A stretch of DNA of 64,000 nucleotides from an uncultured Pseudomonadota bacterium (GTDB taxonomy: Bacteria > Myxococcota_A > Bradymonadia > Bradymonadales > Bradymonadaceae), in contig CAJXPB010000007.1 of the NCBI GenBank assembly GCA_913057905.1, positions 57,807-121,806 on the forward strand, read 5' to 3'. Below, piece by piece: positions 21,441 through 31,221 of the stretch. The translations under genes and the position numbers were made by a program. Position 1 is the first letter of the stretch; each line of letters opens with the position of its first letter. The notes under the pieces are model-generated. The model ran no database searches. It saw only the letters and a list, made by a program, of their open reading frames with translations, and was not told the origin of the DNA.

Positions 21441-24400
21441 TTAACTGACTAATTTCTTCTTCAAGGCCTTCAGATCTTCATCGCCATTGACGATTTGACT
21501 CAGTCTCGGGCGAGTCATCTGAAGGATCTCCGCCGCCCGGGTGATATTGCCCCCGGTCTTGGTCAATGCCCGACGGATCGACTCAAACTCGATGTGTTCC
21601 TTTATCTCGGAGACCGAGAGACCCTCGTCGATGATCTCCTCGATGAGCGCTTCCCTTGGATCGCCGATCTCGACGATATCCGCACCCTCTTCTCCGGACT
21701 CGCCCGTCGATTCATCCTCGATGGCGAACTCCTCCAGCGGTCGGTGAAACTCGACGTCAGGCAGGTCCATGTCGACCTCCCCTTCGCTGAAGAAGTCTCT
21801 AAACTCTTGGATGTGTTCGATCTCAACGGTTGGGCCGTCGACGAACAAGAGGACGCTGCGAACGAAGTTTTGCAGCTCCCGGATGTTCCCGGGCCAACTG
21901 TACGCCGCCAAAAATTCGAGGGCCTGTTCCGAGAACGCCTTCGGCTCCCGGTCGGCAAACTTCTCTGCAAAGTGATGGACCAGAAGAGGGATGTCGGCCC
22001 GTCGCTCGCGCAGTGGGGGAAGGTCGAGCACGACACCCTTGAGCCGATAGTACAGGTCGAGTCGGAAGGTACCCTCGTCGACCATCGTCTCGAGGTCGCG
22101 ATTGGTGGCACACACGACCCGGACGTCGACTTCCCGGGTCTCGTTGCCGCCGACGCGCTCAAATTCGCCCTCTTGCAGAACGCGCAACAGCGCCACCTGG
22201 GCCTTCTGCGAGATCTCGCCAATCTCGTCGAGGAAGATGATACCCCCGTCGGCTTTCTCGAACCGGCCGGTGGTCTGCTTGACCGCACCGGTGAAGGCGC
22301 CCTTCTCGTGGCCGAACAACTCACTGAGTAGCAGGTTGTCGACAAACGCCCCGCAATTGACCTTCACGAAGGGCATCTCGCCCGAGCTATTGGCCTGTTG
22401 ATGGATGGCCTCGGCGACAAGCTCCTTACCGGTCCCCGACTCGCCTTGGATTAGAACCGGCGATTCGCTGTCGGCAATCTGTTCGACGCGTCGAAACAGC
22501 CGCAACAGCCGTTCGTCCTGTCCGACGATGTCGTCGAACTGGGACCGCCAGCGCCGAAATGCCGCGTCGGAGCGCCAGTCGGTATCCCCAGCCGAATCCA
22601 ACGGTTTCTCGTCGTCGGTCTCGGCCGCCCCGTCATCCACATAGTCATCGAGTTCCGAAGGAATCTGTCCCTGGAGACGATGGACGATATTGATAAGACG
22701 ACGGTGAAGCGGATTCTCGAAGAAGCTGTCTCGGTATTCCTGGGGGACGTTGCTTCCTCGCCTCTGTATGTCGGCGAGCCACTTTTCTGCGACCGATTCG
22801 GCCTCTTGGGTTCGCCCCGTCTTTTCGAGGCCGCGGATCTGGGCGAGCGCACCCTGGAGTGCATCGTCCGGCATGGACTGGTCCTGCATCGCCTCGACCG
22901 ATTCGCGCCCCCTCCGAACAGCCTCTTCCCACTGCTCCCGGGCCACGGCAATATGGGCCCTCCCCACGCTGACGATTCCGTCGAGCACGTCCCCGTCCGC
23001 AGTGTTGTCACGGTCGGCGAATCTCGCGGCGAGTTTCTCGGCCTCTTCGACCTGGCCGAGTTGTGCGTGGGCGATGATCGACCGAGCGACCGCCCGGTTC
23101 GCCGGCCCACGTGATGGTGTATTCTCGTGGGTATCGGTCCAGGCGCGGGTCGATTCGAGCATATCCCCGTATTCGCCGCGCGCCAGGTGGACCATCACCA
23201 TCAGCACCCGCGGCAGTGACCCCAGATAGGTCTGTTCGTCGACGTCCTGCCGGGACTGGAGGTGGTGAGCAATTTTTTCAACCGAGTCGAGCGCACCCAT
23301 GTCCCGGAAGAGCGTGCCGAGGTTATAGGCGGCGACCCCGTAGGACCAACGGTCGCCGGATTGTTGGGCGGCGCGCATGGCATCCCGGTAGCGCTCCATC
23401 GCCGAATCGTATTCGTCGACTCGCTGGAGGGCCATGCCCAGGTTCAGAATCGGCTCGGCGCGGGGCATCCCGTTTGGCATCCCCGAGCGGTCAATGACGT
23501 CACGAAGCCGTGAGATGCCCTTCTGGTATTGGCTCTCCTGAAGGTCACAGACGGCCAAGTTGACCTCGGCGCGGAGTTCTTCGACCTCCCAGCCCCACTG
23601 CCGGGCGACATTCAGATTCCGTTCGTAGATGGGTCGTGCGGCATCGATATTGCCGCCCATGATCTCGACCTTGCCGAGCATATTCTTGGCCCGGACGTCG
23701 AGTTTTTCAGTGGTTCGCTCATCGAGAGAATCGCCCTGCTCCTCGATTACCTCGAGTGATGCCTCGGCCTCTCGCCGTGCGCCATCCTGATCCCCGAGTT
23801 TGTAGTGGGCGTCGGCGATACCCAGGCGAGCTCGAAGTCGAGTCTCCGCAGAGGGCTTATGCTCTGAGATAGCCTCCTCGTACGTCTCAACCGCGCGATC
23901 GAAGTCATCGCTCTCGACGAGGAGGTCGCCCCGTTCAACGGTCAATCGAGCGGCCTCGGAGTGTTCGGCCTTTTCGATCAGTTCCCGGTTGGCCTCCAGT
24001 GCGGACTCGTACTCCCCAAGGCCTTCGTAGATATCGACCAGAAAGGCCAAGATTTCGCGTCTCTCGTCGCCGGACGGGCACATCGGCAGAATGCGCTCGA
24101 ACAGTTCCCGGGCATCGTGCAGGGCATGGCGACTGTGCATGCGTCGGGCCGCCCGCATTCCGTATTCAAACCCGGCTTCCTCGTCGCCCGCCGCCAAGAA
24201 GTGGCGAGCGATGAAGGCCTCATCGAGACCGGCACCGTGGTGAGCTCGCGTGCTCGCCTCGGCCAGCACACGATGGATCCGTCGGGCGTGAGATTCGTCA
24301 AGATGGGAGCGTACGGACCGGGCAAACCCGGCATCTTCGAGTTGCAGGGTTACGCATCCATCGCCGATCGAGCGACGCACAAAGCCTGCGTCGCGGAGCT

Positions 24401-25328
24401 GGCGCATCAGTCGGCCCGCAGAATCGGACATCTCAAGGCGGTCGATGGCCCGCTCCAACACGTCGACCGGAATCGCCTGCTCGGCGACGGCCAGAAGCTG
24501 CACGACTCGCTGCTTGGGTTCGTCGAGGTCGCGGTATCGATGCTCCCACAAATTCGTACAATCCGTCGGCAGCTCGTCCATCAATACATCGAGCTGAGTC
24601 GGATTGCCCTCGGTGGATGCCAAAAACCGGTCGACGACGTCTTCCCTGGATAAGAACGCTTTGACCGATTGTCGCGCAGCGTCTGTCAGGTCGATGACGT
24701 CGGCGAGCTCTTCGTTGACGCCGAAGGGTGTCTCGCGGCCGACCTGGCCAACCACAGCTACACACCCGCGCACGGAGTCAAAGGCGTCGAGGCCGCCGCC
24801 GAATTCTTCGAAGGGGCCGTGCAGGTATTCCCGGACGAATCGTCCCAGAATGGAGCGTTCCGTCTCTGAGAGTTGTTCGGGATGAACCACCAGCAACAGA
24901 GCCGGTCGCACCTGACTGAGCCGCTCCCAGAGCATACAGGCCGACGACTCAAACGACGAGGCGTCGACGGAGCCTTCGTCGTCTTGGCCGCCCACATTTC
25001 GAGAGGTCGCGATGAATTCGGCGAGTCCCTCGGTCTGCTCATCCAGCGAAGCGTGTTGCTCGACGCGGCCCACGTACGTCGACACGACCTCTCGGAACGT
25101 GGTGCCATCGCCGATTCCACCGGTGGGGTCGAGCACGAGCAATTCGGTATCGCGCTCGGTCACCGCATTGCGCAGGTCCCCGACATGCTCACCGATGGCG
25201 CCGCCTCCGGCCCCGATCAGATGAACAAGTCGACCCGCGTGTTCATCGGAACACAATTCATCGGCCAACGCATCGGGGTCCCACCCAACCACCTCGTCGC
25301 TGTCGGACTTCGGACTCGGTTCGGTCAT
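21441..25328 (-). CDS. giant sigma54-dependent activator (bEBP-1): degenerate STAND-like N-domain + TPR array + AAA+ sigma54-interaction domain + Fis-type HTH
   Basis: ORF 21441..25349 trimmed to the ATG at 25328 (MTEPSPKSD...), which aligns with the paralog's start. Walker [15 protein letters not shown] encoded at 22284..22301, Walker B IIFLDEI, WPGNIRELQN, and a C-terminal [23 protein letters not shown]. There is no receiver domain. Confidence 0.9.
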   Translation of the reverse strand: MTEPSPKSDSDEVVGWDPDALADELCSDEHAGRLVHLIGAGGGAIGEHVGDLRNAVTERDTELLVLDPTGGIGDGTTFREVVSTYVGRVEQHASLDEQTEGLAEFIATSRNVGGQDDEGSVDASSFESSACMLWERLSQVRPALLLVVHPEQLSETERSILGRFVREYLHGPFEEFGGGLDAFDSVRGCVAVVGQVGRETPFGVNEELADVIDLTDAARQSVKAFLSREDVVDRFLASTEGNPTQLDVLMDELPTDCTNLWEHRYRDLDEPKQRVVQLLAVAEQAIPVDVLERAIDRLEMSDSAGRLMRQLRDAGFVRRSIGDGCVTLQLEDAGFARSVRSHLDESHARRIHRVLAEASTRAHHGAGLDEAFIARHFLAAGDEEAGFEYGMRAARRMHSRHALHDARELFERILPMCPSGDERREILAFLVDIYEGLGEYESALEANRELIEKAEHSEAARLTVERGDLLVESDDFDRAVETYEEAISEHKPSAETRLRARLGIADAHYKLGDQDGARREAEASLEVIEEQGDSLDERTTEKLDVRAKNMLGKVEIMGGNIDAARPIYERNLNVARQWGWEVEELRAEVNLAVCDLQESQYQKGISRLRDVIDRSGMPNGMPRAEPILNLGMALQRVDEYDSAMERYRDAMRAAQQSGDRWSYGVAAYNLGTLFRDMGALDSVEKIAHHLQSRQDVDEQTYLGSLPRVLMVMVHLARGEYGDMLESTRAWTDTHENTPSRGPANRAVARSIIAHAQLGQVEEAEKLAARFADRDNTADGDVLDGIVSVGRAHIAVAREQWEEAVRRGRESVEAMQDQSMPDDALQGALAQIRGLEKTGRTQEAESVAEKWLADIQRRGSNVPQEYRDSFFENPLHRRLINIVHRLQGQIPSELDDYVDDGAAETDDEKPLDSAGDTDWRSDAAFRRWRSQFDDIVGQDERLLRLFRRVEQIADSESPVLIQGESGTGKELVAEAIHQQANSSGEMPFVKVNCGAFVDNLLLSELFGHEKGAFTGAVKQTTGRFEKADGGIIFLDEIGEISQKAQVALLRVLQEGEFERVGGNETREVDVRVVCATNRDLETMVDEGTFRLDLYYRLKGVVLDLPPLRERRADIPLLVHHFAEKFADREPKAFSEQALEFLAAYSWPGNIRELQNFVRSVLLFVDGPTVEIEHIQEFRDFFSEGEVDMDLPDVEFHRPLEEFAIEDESTGESGEEGADIVEIGDPREALIEEIIDEGLSVSEIKEHIEFESIRRALTKTGGNITRAAEILQMTRPRLSQIVNGDEDLKALKKKLVS

Positions 25329-25428
25329 GGATCCTCGATTCGGCCACAAGAGTGCCTAATACCTAATAGATGAGGATAGGCATTGTGAGTGCTGGATCAA
25401 ACGCACGGGGTCACGGCGTTGTCGTAGA

Positions 25429-26253
25429 TCACCGCATCCGAAGCGTTCGCACCCGCACGTCTCCAGCGAGTGACTGATAGCCGCGGCCTGTCGAATCGAG
25501 GGTCTGCGTGACGTCCACGGTTTGGGGAGCGTCGGTCTGATCATCGTCTTTCGCTCGCGCCCGAACCAGTCGGGTAATCGGGTCGATCAGCTCCTCGGCC
25601 CAGTCGTTGACGTCGAGTGCGAAGCTCAGCACCCGACGGTCCTGGGCCAATTCCACGCGGTCCATGCGGTACGTTACCGCTTTCTGGCTCTCGTATTCGA
25701 ATGCAACCCAGGATTGCTGCTCCGACGACTCGGAGGTCTCGTCGTCATCGGGGTGGAACGGGTCCGGTATCGGATTGCCGCCGTCTTGGTAGGGGTCGTT
25801 CGAATCGAGGGCCTCGGCGATCTCCGGGCTGATCAAGCCATCGAGCCGAAACGTGTATTTGTCCTGCTCGCCCGCCGGCTCGAGACGCAACTCCACGGCA
25901 TAATCGCCGGGTTCGGGCACGGAAAACTCGGCCCCCTGCCGAACCAGCTCCCCCTGTTGCATATCAAACTCGACCCGAAACGGATCGTCGACGACGATGG
26001 ACTCGCTGCCATCGGCGGGAATCAACGTGATTTGAGCGACGCTGAACCCGAGCCGCTTCAGTTGAAGCGCCTCCGGAATCTGTCCGGTTCCCTCGACGGC
26101 GAACTCGGGCACCACGGTGAGTGCCGTGGAGTTCGACCGCACCGAGTCCGGCCCAGAACTGTCAGGGGTCGTCGTGTCGGCGCATCCGGTCGCAACCCCT
26201 ACGAGCCCCGCCACTACGACTGCCAAACACGTGTCTGTCCAATCTATCCTCAC
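25429..26253 (-). CDS. acidic lipoprotein L2, unknown family (paralog of 20472..21416)
   Basis: 274 aa with a GTG start. Lipobox GVATGC. Starts 25 nt after the stop of bEBP-2. Shared motif blocks are listed under L1. Confidence 0.75.
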   Translation of the reverse strand: MRIDWTDTCLAVVVAGLVGVATGCADTTTPDSSGPDSVRSNSTALTVVPEFAVEGTGQIPEALQLKRLGFSVAQITLIPADGSESIVVDDPFRVEFDMQQGELVRQGAEFSVPEPGDYAVELRLEPAGEQDKYTFRLDGLISPEIAEALDSNDPYQDGGNPIPDPFHPDDDETSESSEQQSWVAFEYESQKAVTYRMDRVELAQDRRVLSFALDVNDWAEELIDPITRLVRARAKDDDQTDAPQTVDVTQTLDSTGRGYQSLAGDVRVRTLRMR

Positions 26254-26278
26254 GTCAAACCTCGTTCGAGTATCCCGC

Positions 26279-29200
26279 TTAGCCGACCAATTCTTCCTTC
26301 AACGCAACCAACTCGTCATTCCCGTTGACGATCTGGCTGAGCCGCGGACGCGTCATCTGCAATATTTCGGCAGCGCGCGTGATGTTGCCCTCGGTCTCGA
26401 TCAATGCTCGGCGGATCGACTTGTGCTCGATCCGTTTCTTCATGTCCGAGATCGACATTCTGTCCGCGACGATCTCTTCGACCAGCGCATCCTGCACCTC
26501 GTCGAAGGAGTTCGGCCCGCCCCATCCGGGCTGAATGACGTCGCTGAAGTCGTCGACCTCGGGATTGTAGTCGATATCCGGCGCTTCTAATTCGACATCT
26601 CCATCTTCGAAGAAGTCGTCGAACTCCCGGATGTGGTCCATTGTGACGGTATCGCCGTCGACAAACAAGAGCACACTGCGCACGAAGTTCTGGAGCTCAC
26701 GGACGTTGCCCGGCCAATTGTACGAGGCGAGAAACTCTCGGGCCTCGCGGTCAAAGTCGACGGCCTCGCCCTCGGCAAACCGGTCCGTGAAGTGTCGCAG
26801 AAGTCGGGGAATGTCCCCTCGGCGGTCCCGAAGCGGGGGCAGCTCCAGGACGACTCCCTTGAGCCGGAAATACAGATCCCGGCGAAATTGCCCCTGTTCA
26901 ACCAGCCGCTCGAGGTCCTGTGACGTCGCAGCGACGACCCGTACGTCGGCCGAATAGGTCTCCGTTCCCCCGAGTCGTTCGTAGTTGCCGTCCTGCAGCA
27001 ATCGCAGCAGTGCGACCTGTCCCTTCGGCGAAATGGCATCGATCTCATCGAGAAACAGCGTCCCTCCGTCGGCAGCGACCACGCGGCCCTCTTTCGAACG
27101 GGCGGCCCCGGTGAAGGCCCCTTTCTCGTGTCCGAAGAGTTCGCTGAACAACAAGTTCTCGCCGTAGGCGCCGCAATTGACCCGCACCAGATCGGCGTTC
27201 GATCGCTGGTCTGCCCCGTGGCGGTGAATCGCCCGCGCCACGAGCTCTTTGCCCGTGCCGCTCTCGCCCTCGATGAGTACGGGCGAACGGCTTTCGGCGA
27301 CCTGATCGATTCGGCGGAGCACCCGGATGAGCCGATCATCCTCTCCCACGATCTCGGCGTAGCGAGCCCGCCAGGCCCGATATTCTTCATCCGAGGGGAC
27401 CTCCGGTTGCTGTTCGTGACCGTCGGTCTCTGTCTGAGCCCCGTCGTCGTCAAAGACCCAACCGGAGACATCTTCGGGAACGTCGCCCTTCAGCGAACGG
27501 TAGGTCTCAAGAAGCTGCCGGTGACGGTGGACGCGGTAGTATCGGGGCCGAAACGACTCAGGAACCTGTTCGGCCCTGCGCTGCAGTTCGCTGAAGGCCC
27601 GACTGGCCACCGATTCGGCCTCCGATTCGCGATCCAACTCGACGAGGCCCCGAATACGGGCGAGTGTGCCGACGAGCGCATGGCGGAAGAACCCCTCCTG
27701 TTCGAGCGTCTCGGCAGCGCGTTTGCCCTGAGCGATCGCCTCGTTCCAGTCCTGGTCTTCGACCGCGAGTTTCGCCAGCGCAGCTTCTCGCCAGCCGCGC
27801 GCTACCTCGGCATCGGCCCGTTCGGAATCGGTCTCGAGGGACTCGAGGGCCCGGCGAGCGGCCTCGAGTTGACCGAGCTCCACGTGGGCCACCGGGGTCG
27901 ACGCCGCGGCGAAGAACGCGGGTCCTTCGGCGGCTCCGCTTTGGTTCGAGTCGATCCATTCGGTCGTAATCTCGAGCATCTCGGCGAAGTCGCCGCGATC
28001 CATGTGCATGTTGGCGCTGAGGCCGCGCGGCAGCGATCCCAGGTAGTCGTGGCGATCTTCTCGAGATTGCTGGGCTTCGAGGTGATTCGATATCGCCTCG
28101 AGCCGGTCCCAGGCCCCGAGATCCTGATACAGGGTACCCAGGTTGTAGGCCGTGACTCCGTAGACGCGCTCGTCTCCGATCTGTCGGGCAACTCGAAGGG
28201 CCTCCTGGTAGCGCTCCAGCGCTTCGCTGTACTCGTTTTTACGCTGCAGGGCCATCCCGAGGTTGAGCAGAAGTTGAGGCTGCGGCATGCCATCGGTCCC
28301 GGCAGACCTCGATCGCACCTCTTCGAAGATCGCGATCGCCTGGTCGTAGTTGCCCTCCTGCATATGGCAGATCGCCAGGTTCTTGTCGGCTCGGTCGACC
28401 TCACGACTCCAGTTCCACTCCTCGGCGATCCGGCGGTTGGTCTCGAACAGCGAGCGGGCATCTTCGGCCCTCGAACCCATGACCTCGACCTTCCCGATCT
28501 GGTTTCGGGCGCGAATCGCCAGACGATCCGCCGCGGATTCGTCGATATTCAGCCGGCCGTCGGCGTCGCCACCGGCGTCGGCTGTCACCGCGAGCACATC
28601 CTCCGCGTGGGCCCGTGCGTCGTCGTACCGGCCGCGGTTGTAGTCGACGTCCGCGAGACCGAGCTTCGCCTTTGCCCAAAGCTCCGAAGTGGATTCGACG
28701 GTATCGAAGATCCCGGCAAACAGATCGGCGGCCTCCTCGAGGCGGCCGCGCTTTGTCAGAATCTGGGCGCGACGGATGTCGACACGCGCCCGGTCGGCGT
28801 CGCTGGCGGCCGCATTCCTGAGCTCCCCGCACGTCTCCATGGCCCGGTTCAACTCTCCGAGGCCCTCGTAGGTGTCGACGAGATACTCATGGATCTCGCG
28901 GCGCGAGTCCTCGTCGGGGGCATACTCCAGCAGTGACTCGAACAACCCTCGAGCCTCTTCGAGCGCATGGTGACTGTGGAGGCGTCGGGCCGCTCGCCGA
29001 CCGAACTCAAAGCCCCGCTCCCCCGCTCCAGCCGCCAGGAAATGCTTGGCGACAAACTGGTCACCGAGCTGGTTCAAATGGTGAGAGTCCGCCGCTGTCT
29101 CGGCGAGGGCCCGATGGAGGGGTTCACGAATATGCGCTTCCATCCGCTGAACCAGTGCATCCCCGAAGCCCGGGTCTTCGAGTTGAACGGTCACACAATC

Positions 29201-30172
29201 CGACTGGACCGAGCGGCTCAAGAACCCTTCGGAGCTGAGATCTTGGATCGCAGCCGAGGCCGAGCCGCCTTCGACACGTCTGTATGCATCCTGCAAAATA
29301 TCGACGGGCACGGCGATATCCGCGATGGCCAGAAGATCAACGACGACCTGCCGTTCGGCGGGGAGCTGTCGATACCGAAATTCCCAGAAATTGGTGCAGT
29401 CGTCGGGCATCGCCTCCATCAGGACATCGAGACGGCCCGGGTCTCCGCCCGTCGTCGAGACGAATCGGTCCACGACCTCCTGCTGAGTCAGGTACGACCG
29501 AACGGTGCTGCGCGCCGCACCGGAGAGATCCACGACATCGACGACGTCCTCGTCGATATCGAGGTTCGGGGGCCTGCCGGCATCACCGACGAGCGCAACG
29601 CAGCCGCGGAACTCTTTTGAGGTCGAGGCATCGGGCGCGAGCTCCAGAACCGGATCGCGCAGATGTTCCGACACAAACCGTTCGAGTGCCGAACGCTCGC
29701 TGATGCTGCACTCCCCGGCGTTGACGACCATCAATACCGCCGGCCGGTGGGTCGACAGGCGCTCCCACAGCCGGCCCATCGAGGATTCGAAGTACCGGGC
29801 TTCGACCACATCGTCCGACTGCTCTTCGGCCGTGTCCCGCGAGGTCGACAGAAATTCCGCAAGCTGGCGAGACTCCGAGTCCAGTGACGTGTGCTGAGAG
29901 ACCCGTCGTACGTAGGCAGTCGCGACATCACGGAAGGTGGTCCCATCTCCGACCCCACCCGTCGGATCGAGCACGAGAAGCTCGACGCCGCGGCGAGTCA
30001 TACTCGCTCGAAGTTCGCCCAGGCGGCGCTGGATCGCCCCGCGTCCCATGCCACGCACGTCGACTACCCGCCCGGCGTGCTTGTCATCGCAGAGAACCTC
30101 CGCAAGGCCGGAGGGATCCCAGTCTTTTTGGGACGACTCGTCGTTGGATTGCTCAGTCTGGGTCGATTCCAT
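26279..30172 (-). CDS. giant sigma54-dependent activator (bEBP-2), paralog of 21441..25328
   Basis: ORF 26279..30187 (TTG) trimmed to the ATG at 30172 ([10 protein letters not shown]...). Walker [15 protein letters not shown] encoded at 27104..27121, [10 protein letters not shown], and a C-terminal [22 protein letters not shown]. It aligns with bEBP-1 from the N-terminus ([19 protein letters not shown] vs GWDPDALADELCSDEHAGR) to the C-terminus. Confidence 0.9.
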   Translation of the reverse strand: MESTQTEQSNDESSQKDWDPSGLAEVLCDDKHAGRVVDVRGMGRGAIQRRLGELRASMTRRGVELLVLDPTGGVGDGTTFRDVATAYVRRVSQHTSLDSESRQLAEFLSTSRDTAEEQSDDVVEARYFESSMGRLWERLSTHRPAVLMVVNAGECSISERSALERFVSEHLRDPVLELAPDASTSKEFRGCVALVGDAGRPPNLDIDEDVVDVVDLSGAARSTVRSYLTQQEVVDRFVSTTGGDPGRLDVLMEAMPDDCTNFWEFRYRQLPAERQVVVDLLAIADIAVPVDILQDAYRRVEGGSASAAIQDLSSEGFLSRSVQSDCVTVQLEDPGFGDALVQRMEAHIREPLHRALAETAADSHHLNQLGDQFVAKHFLAAGAGERGFEFGRRAARRLHSHHALEEARGLFESLLEYAPDEDSRREIHEYLVDTYEGLGELNRAMETCGELRNAAASDADRARVDIRRAQILTKRGRLEEAADLFAGIFDTVESTSELWAKAKLGLADVDYNRGRYDDARAHAEDVLAVTADAGGDADGRLNIDESAADRLAIRARNQIGKVEVMGSRAEDARSLFETNRRIAEEWNWSREVDRADKNLAICHMQEGNYDQAIAIFEEVRSRSAGTDGMPQPQLLLNLGMALQRKNEYSEALERYQEALRVARQIGDERVYGVTAYNLGTLYQDLGAWDRLEAISNHLEAQQSREDRHDYLGSLPRGLSANMHMDRGDFAEMLEITTEWIDSNQSGAAEGPAFFAAASTPVAHVELGQLEAARRALESLETDSERADAEVARGWREAALAKLAVEDQDWNEAIAQGKRAAETLEQEGFFRHALVGTLARIRGLVELDRESEAESVASRAFSELQRRAEQVPESFRPRYYRVHRHRQLLETYRSLKGDVPEDVSGWVFDDDGAQTETDGHEQQPEVPSDEEYRAWRARYAEIVGEDDRLIRVLRRIDQVAESRSPVLIEGESGTGKELVARAIHRHGADQRSNADLVRVNCGAYGENLLFSELFGHEKGAFTGAARSKEGRVVAADGGTLFLDEIDAISPKGQVALLRLLQDGNYERLGGTETYSADVRVVAATSQDLERLVEQGQFRRDLYFRLKGVVLELPPLRDRRGDIPRLLRHFTDRFAEGEAVDFDREAREFLASYNWPGNVRELQNFVRSVLLFVDGDTVTMDHIREFDDFFEDGDVELEAPDIDYNPEVDDFSDVIQPGWGGPNSFDEVQDALVEEIVADRMSISDMKKRIEHKSIRRALIETEGNITRAAEILQMTRPRLSQIVNGNDELVALKEELVG

Positions 30173-30352
30173 TCGAAAACCTTCCAATCCCTGTTGAACG
30201 GTGCATGGTGGCTGATGCCGCAGCTCCCGCCCCCGCTTCGAGGGGGACCGATCCTCCGGGACCGAAGAGATGCGCTCACCCAGCCATCTTATGTATGAAC
30301 GTAACGAACCTTACGCATGGTTTCAACGTTGAGGCCCGCGTGCGTAATCCAT

Positions 30353-30368
30353 CGGGACGGTGTTTGCT
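30353..30368 (+). promoter_or_regulatory. sigma54 (-24/-12) promoter candidate: cGGgACG-gtgt-TTGCT
   Basis: Compared with the consensus TGGCACG-N4-TTGCW. The GG (30354-55) and GC (30366-67) have the required 10-nt spacing, and the -12 TTGCT is perfect. There are two mismatches in the -24 box. It lies 70 nt upstream of the ATG at 30438 and is divergent from bEBP-2. Confidence 0.5.
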
Positions 30369-30437
30369 CTTTAGACCGTCGAAATTTTCTGATAGCTGAT
30401 TGTTGGAACGCTTTATCCCTCTCTCCCCGGAGAACCC

Positions 30438-31130
30438 ATGCGACGCTTTTTCGTATTGGCGACTGTCTTCGCAGTCACCCTCGCTGCCGGATGCGGTTGG
30501 TTGAAGGACGACATCGAAGATCTGACCACCGTCGATATCTCGGCGGAAATCCCCGCCGAGTTCCCCGTCGACGCCTCCGAGGCCTGCAGTACGGCCATCG
30601 AGGGGATCGACAGTTGCGACCAGGGAGGCACCGCCCCTGCACCGATGCGGATCGAACTCGATCCGATCGAGTTCGACCTGAACGTCGATGTCGTCGAGGC
30701 TACCGGGAAGTCCAGACTCGGCGACGCCGTCGACCGGCTCGAGAGCGTCACGATCACGAGTATCGACTGGGAGGTCCGGGACAATTCCCTCTCGTTCAAT
30801 TTGCCCGAAACGTCCCTGTACGTCGGAGAGTTCGATGCCGAATCTCGCAACCACGAATCGGCTTTCTCGGTAGCCAAGATTCCCTCGGTTCCGGCGGAGA
30901 CCGACGATTCCGGGACGTCTCAGGTCTCAGACGAAGACCAGTCCAAACTGAGCGATCTGCTGATCGGCGACGACAAAGAGACCGACGAAAAGCTCAAGTT
31001 GTCCGTGATTCCATATACCGTCCCGCGTATCGAGCAGGGACAGGACGTGCCGCCCAACGGCAGCGCCACCATCGACGTGACCATCAACGCCGAATTCGTG
31101 GCCACGCCCAAGTCGGTCGTCTCCAACTGA
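30438..31130 (+). CDS. lipoprotein, unknown family
   Basis: 230 aa. Starts MRRFFVLATVFAVTLAAGC (lipobox), with GGAG 6 nt upstream of the ATG. The mature part is acidic and has no recognisable motif. Confidence 0.7.
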   Translation: MRRFFVLATVFAVTLAAGCGWLKDDIEDLTTVDISAEIPAEFPVDASEACSTAIEGIDSCDQGGTAPAPMRIELDPIEFDLNVDVVEATGKSRLGDAVDRLESVTITSIDWEVRDNSLSFNLPETSLYVGEFDAESRNHESAFSVAKIPSVPAETDDSGTSQVSDEDQSKLSDLLIGDDKETDEKLKLSVIPYTVPRIEQGQDVPPNGSATIDVTINAEFVATPKSVVSN

Positions 31131-31221
31131 GCCAAACCGAAATATATAGCCGGCGAGCGCCGTTCACGAGTGCGACCTCTTCGCCCTATCGCCTCCCGAA
31201 CTGATTTTGAATCCGAGCCAT

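Noticed and set aside
25343-25357. sigma54-like motif aGGCAC-tcttg-TGGC on the minus strand upstream of bEBP-1
   Set aside because: The GG/GC spacing is correct. However, the -12 box is TGGC rather than TTGC, and the predicted start would fall only ~3 nt before the ATG at 25328, leaving no room for a ribosome-binding site. I keep it only as a weak possibility of a leaderless transcript.
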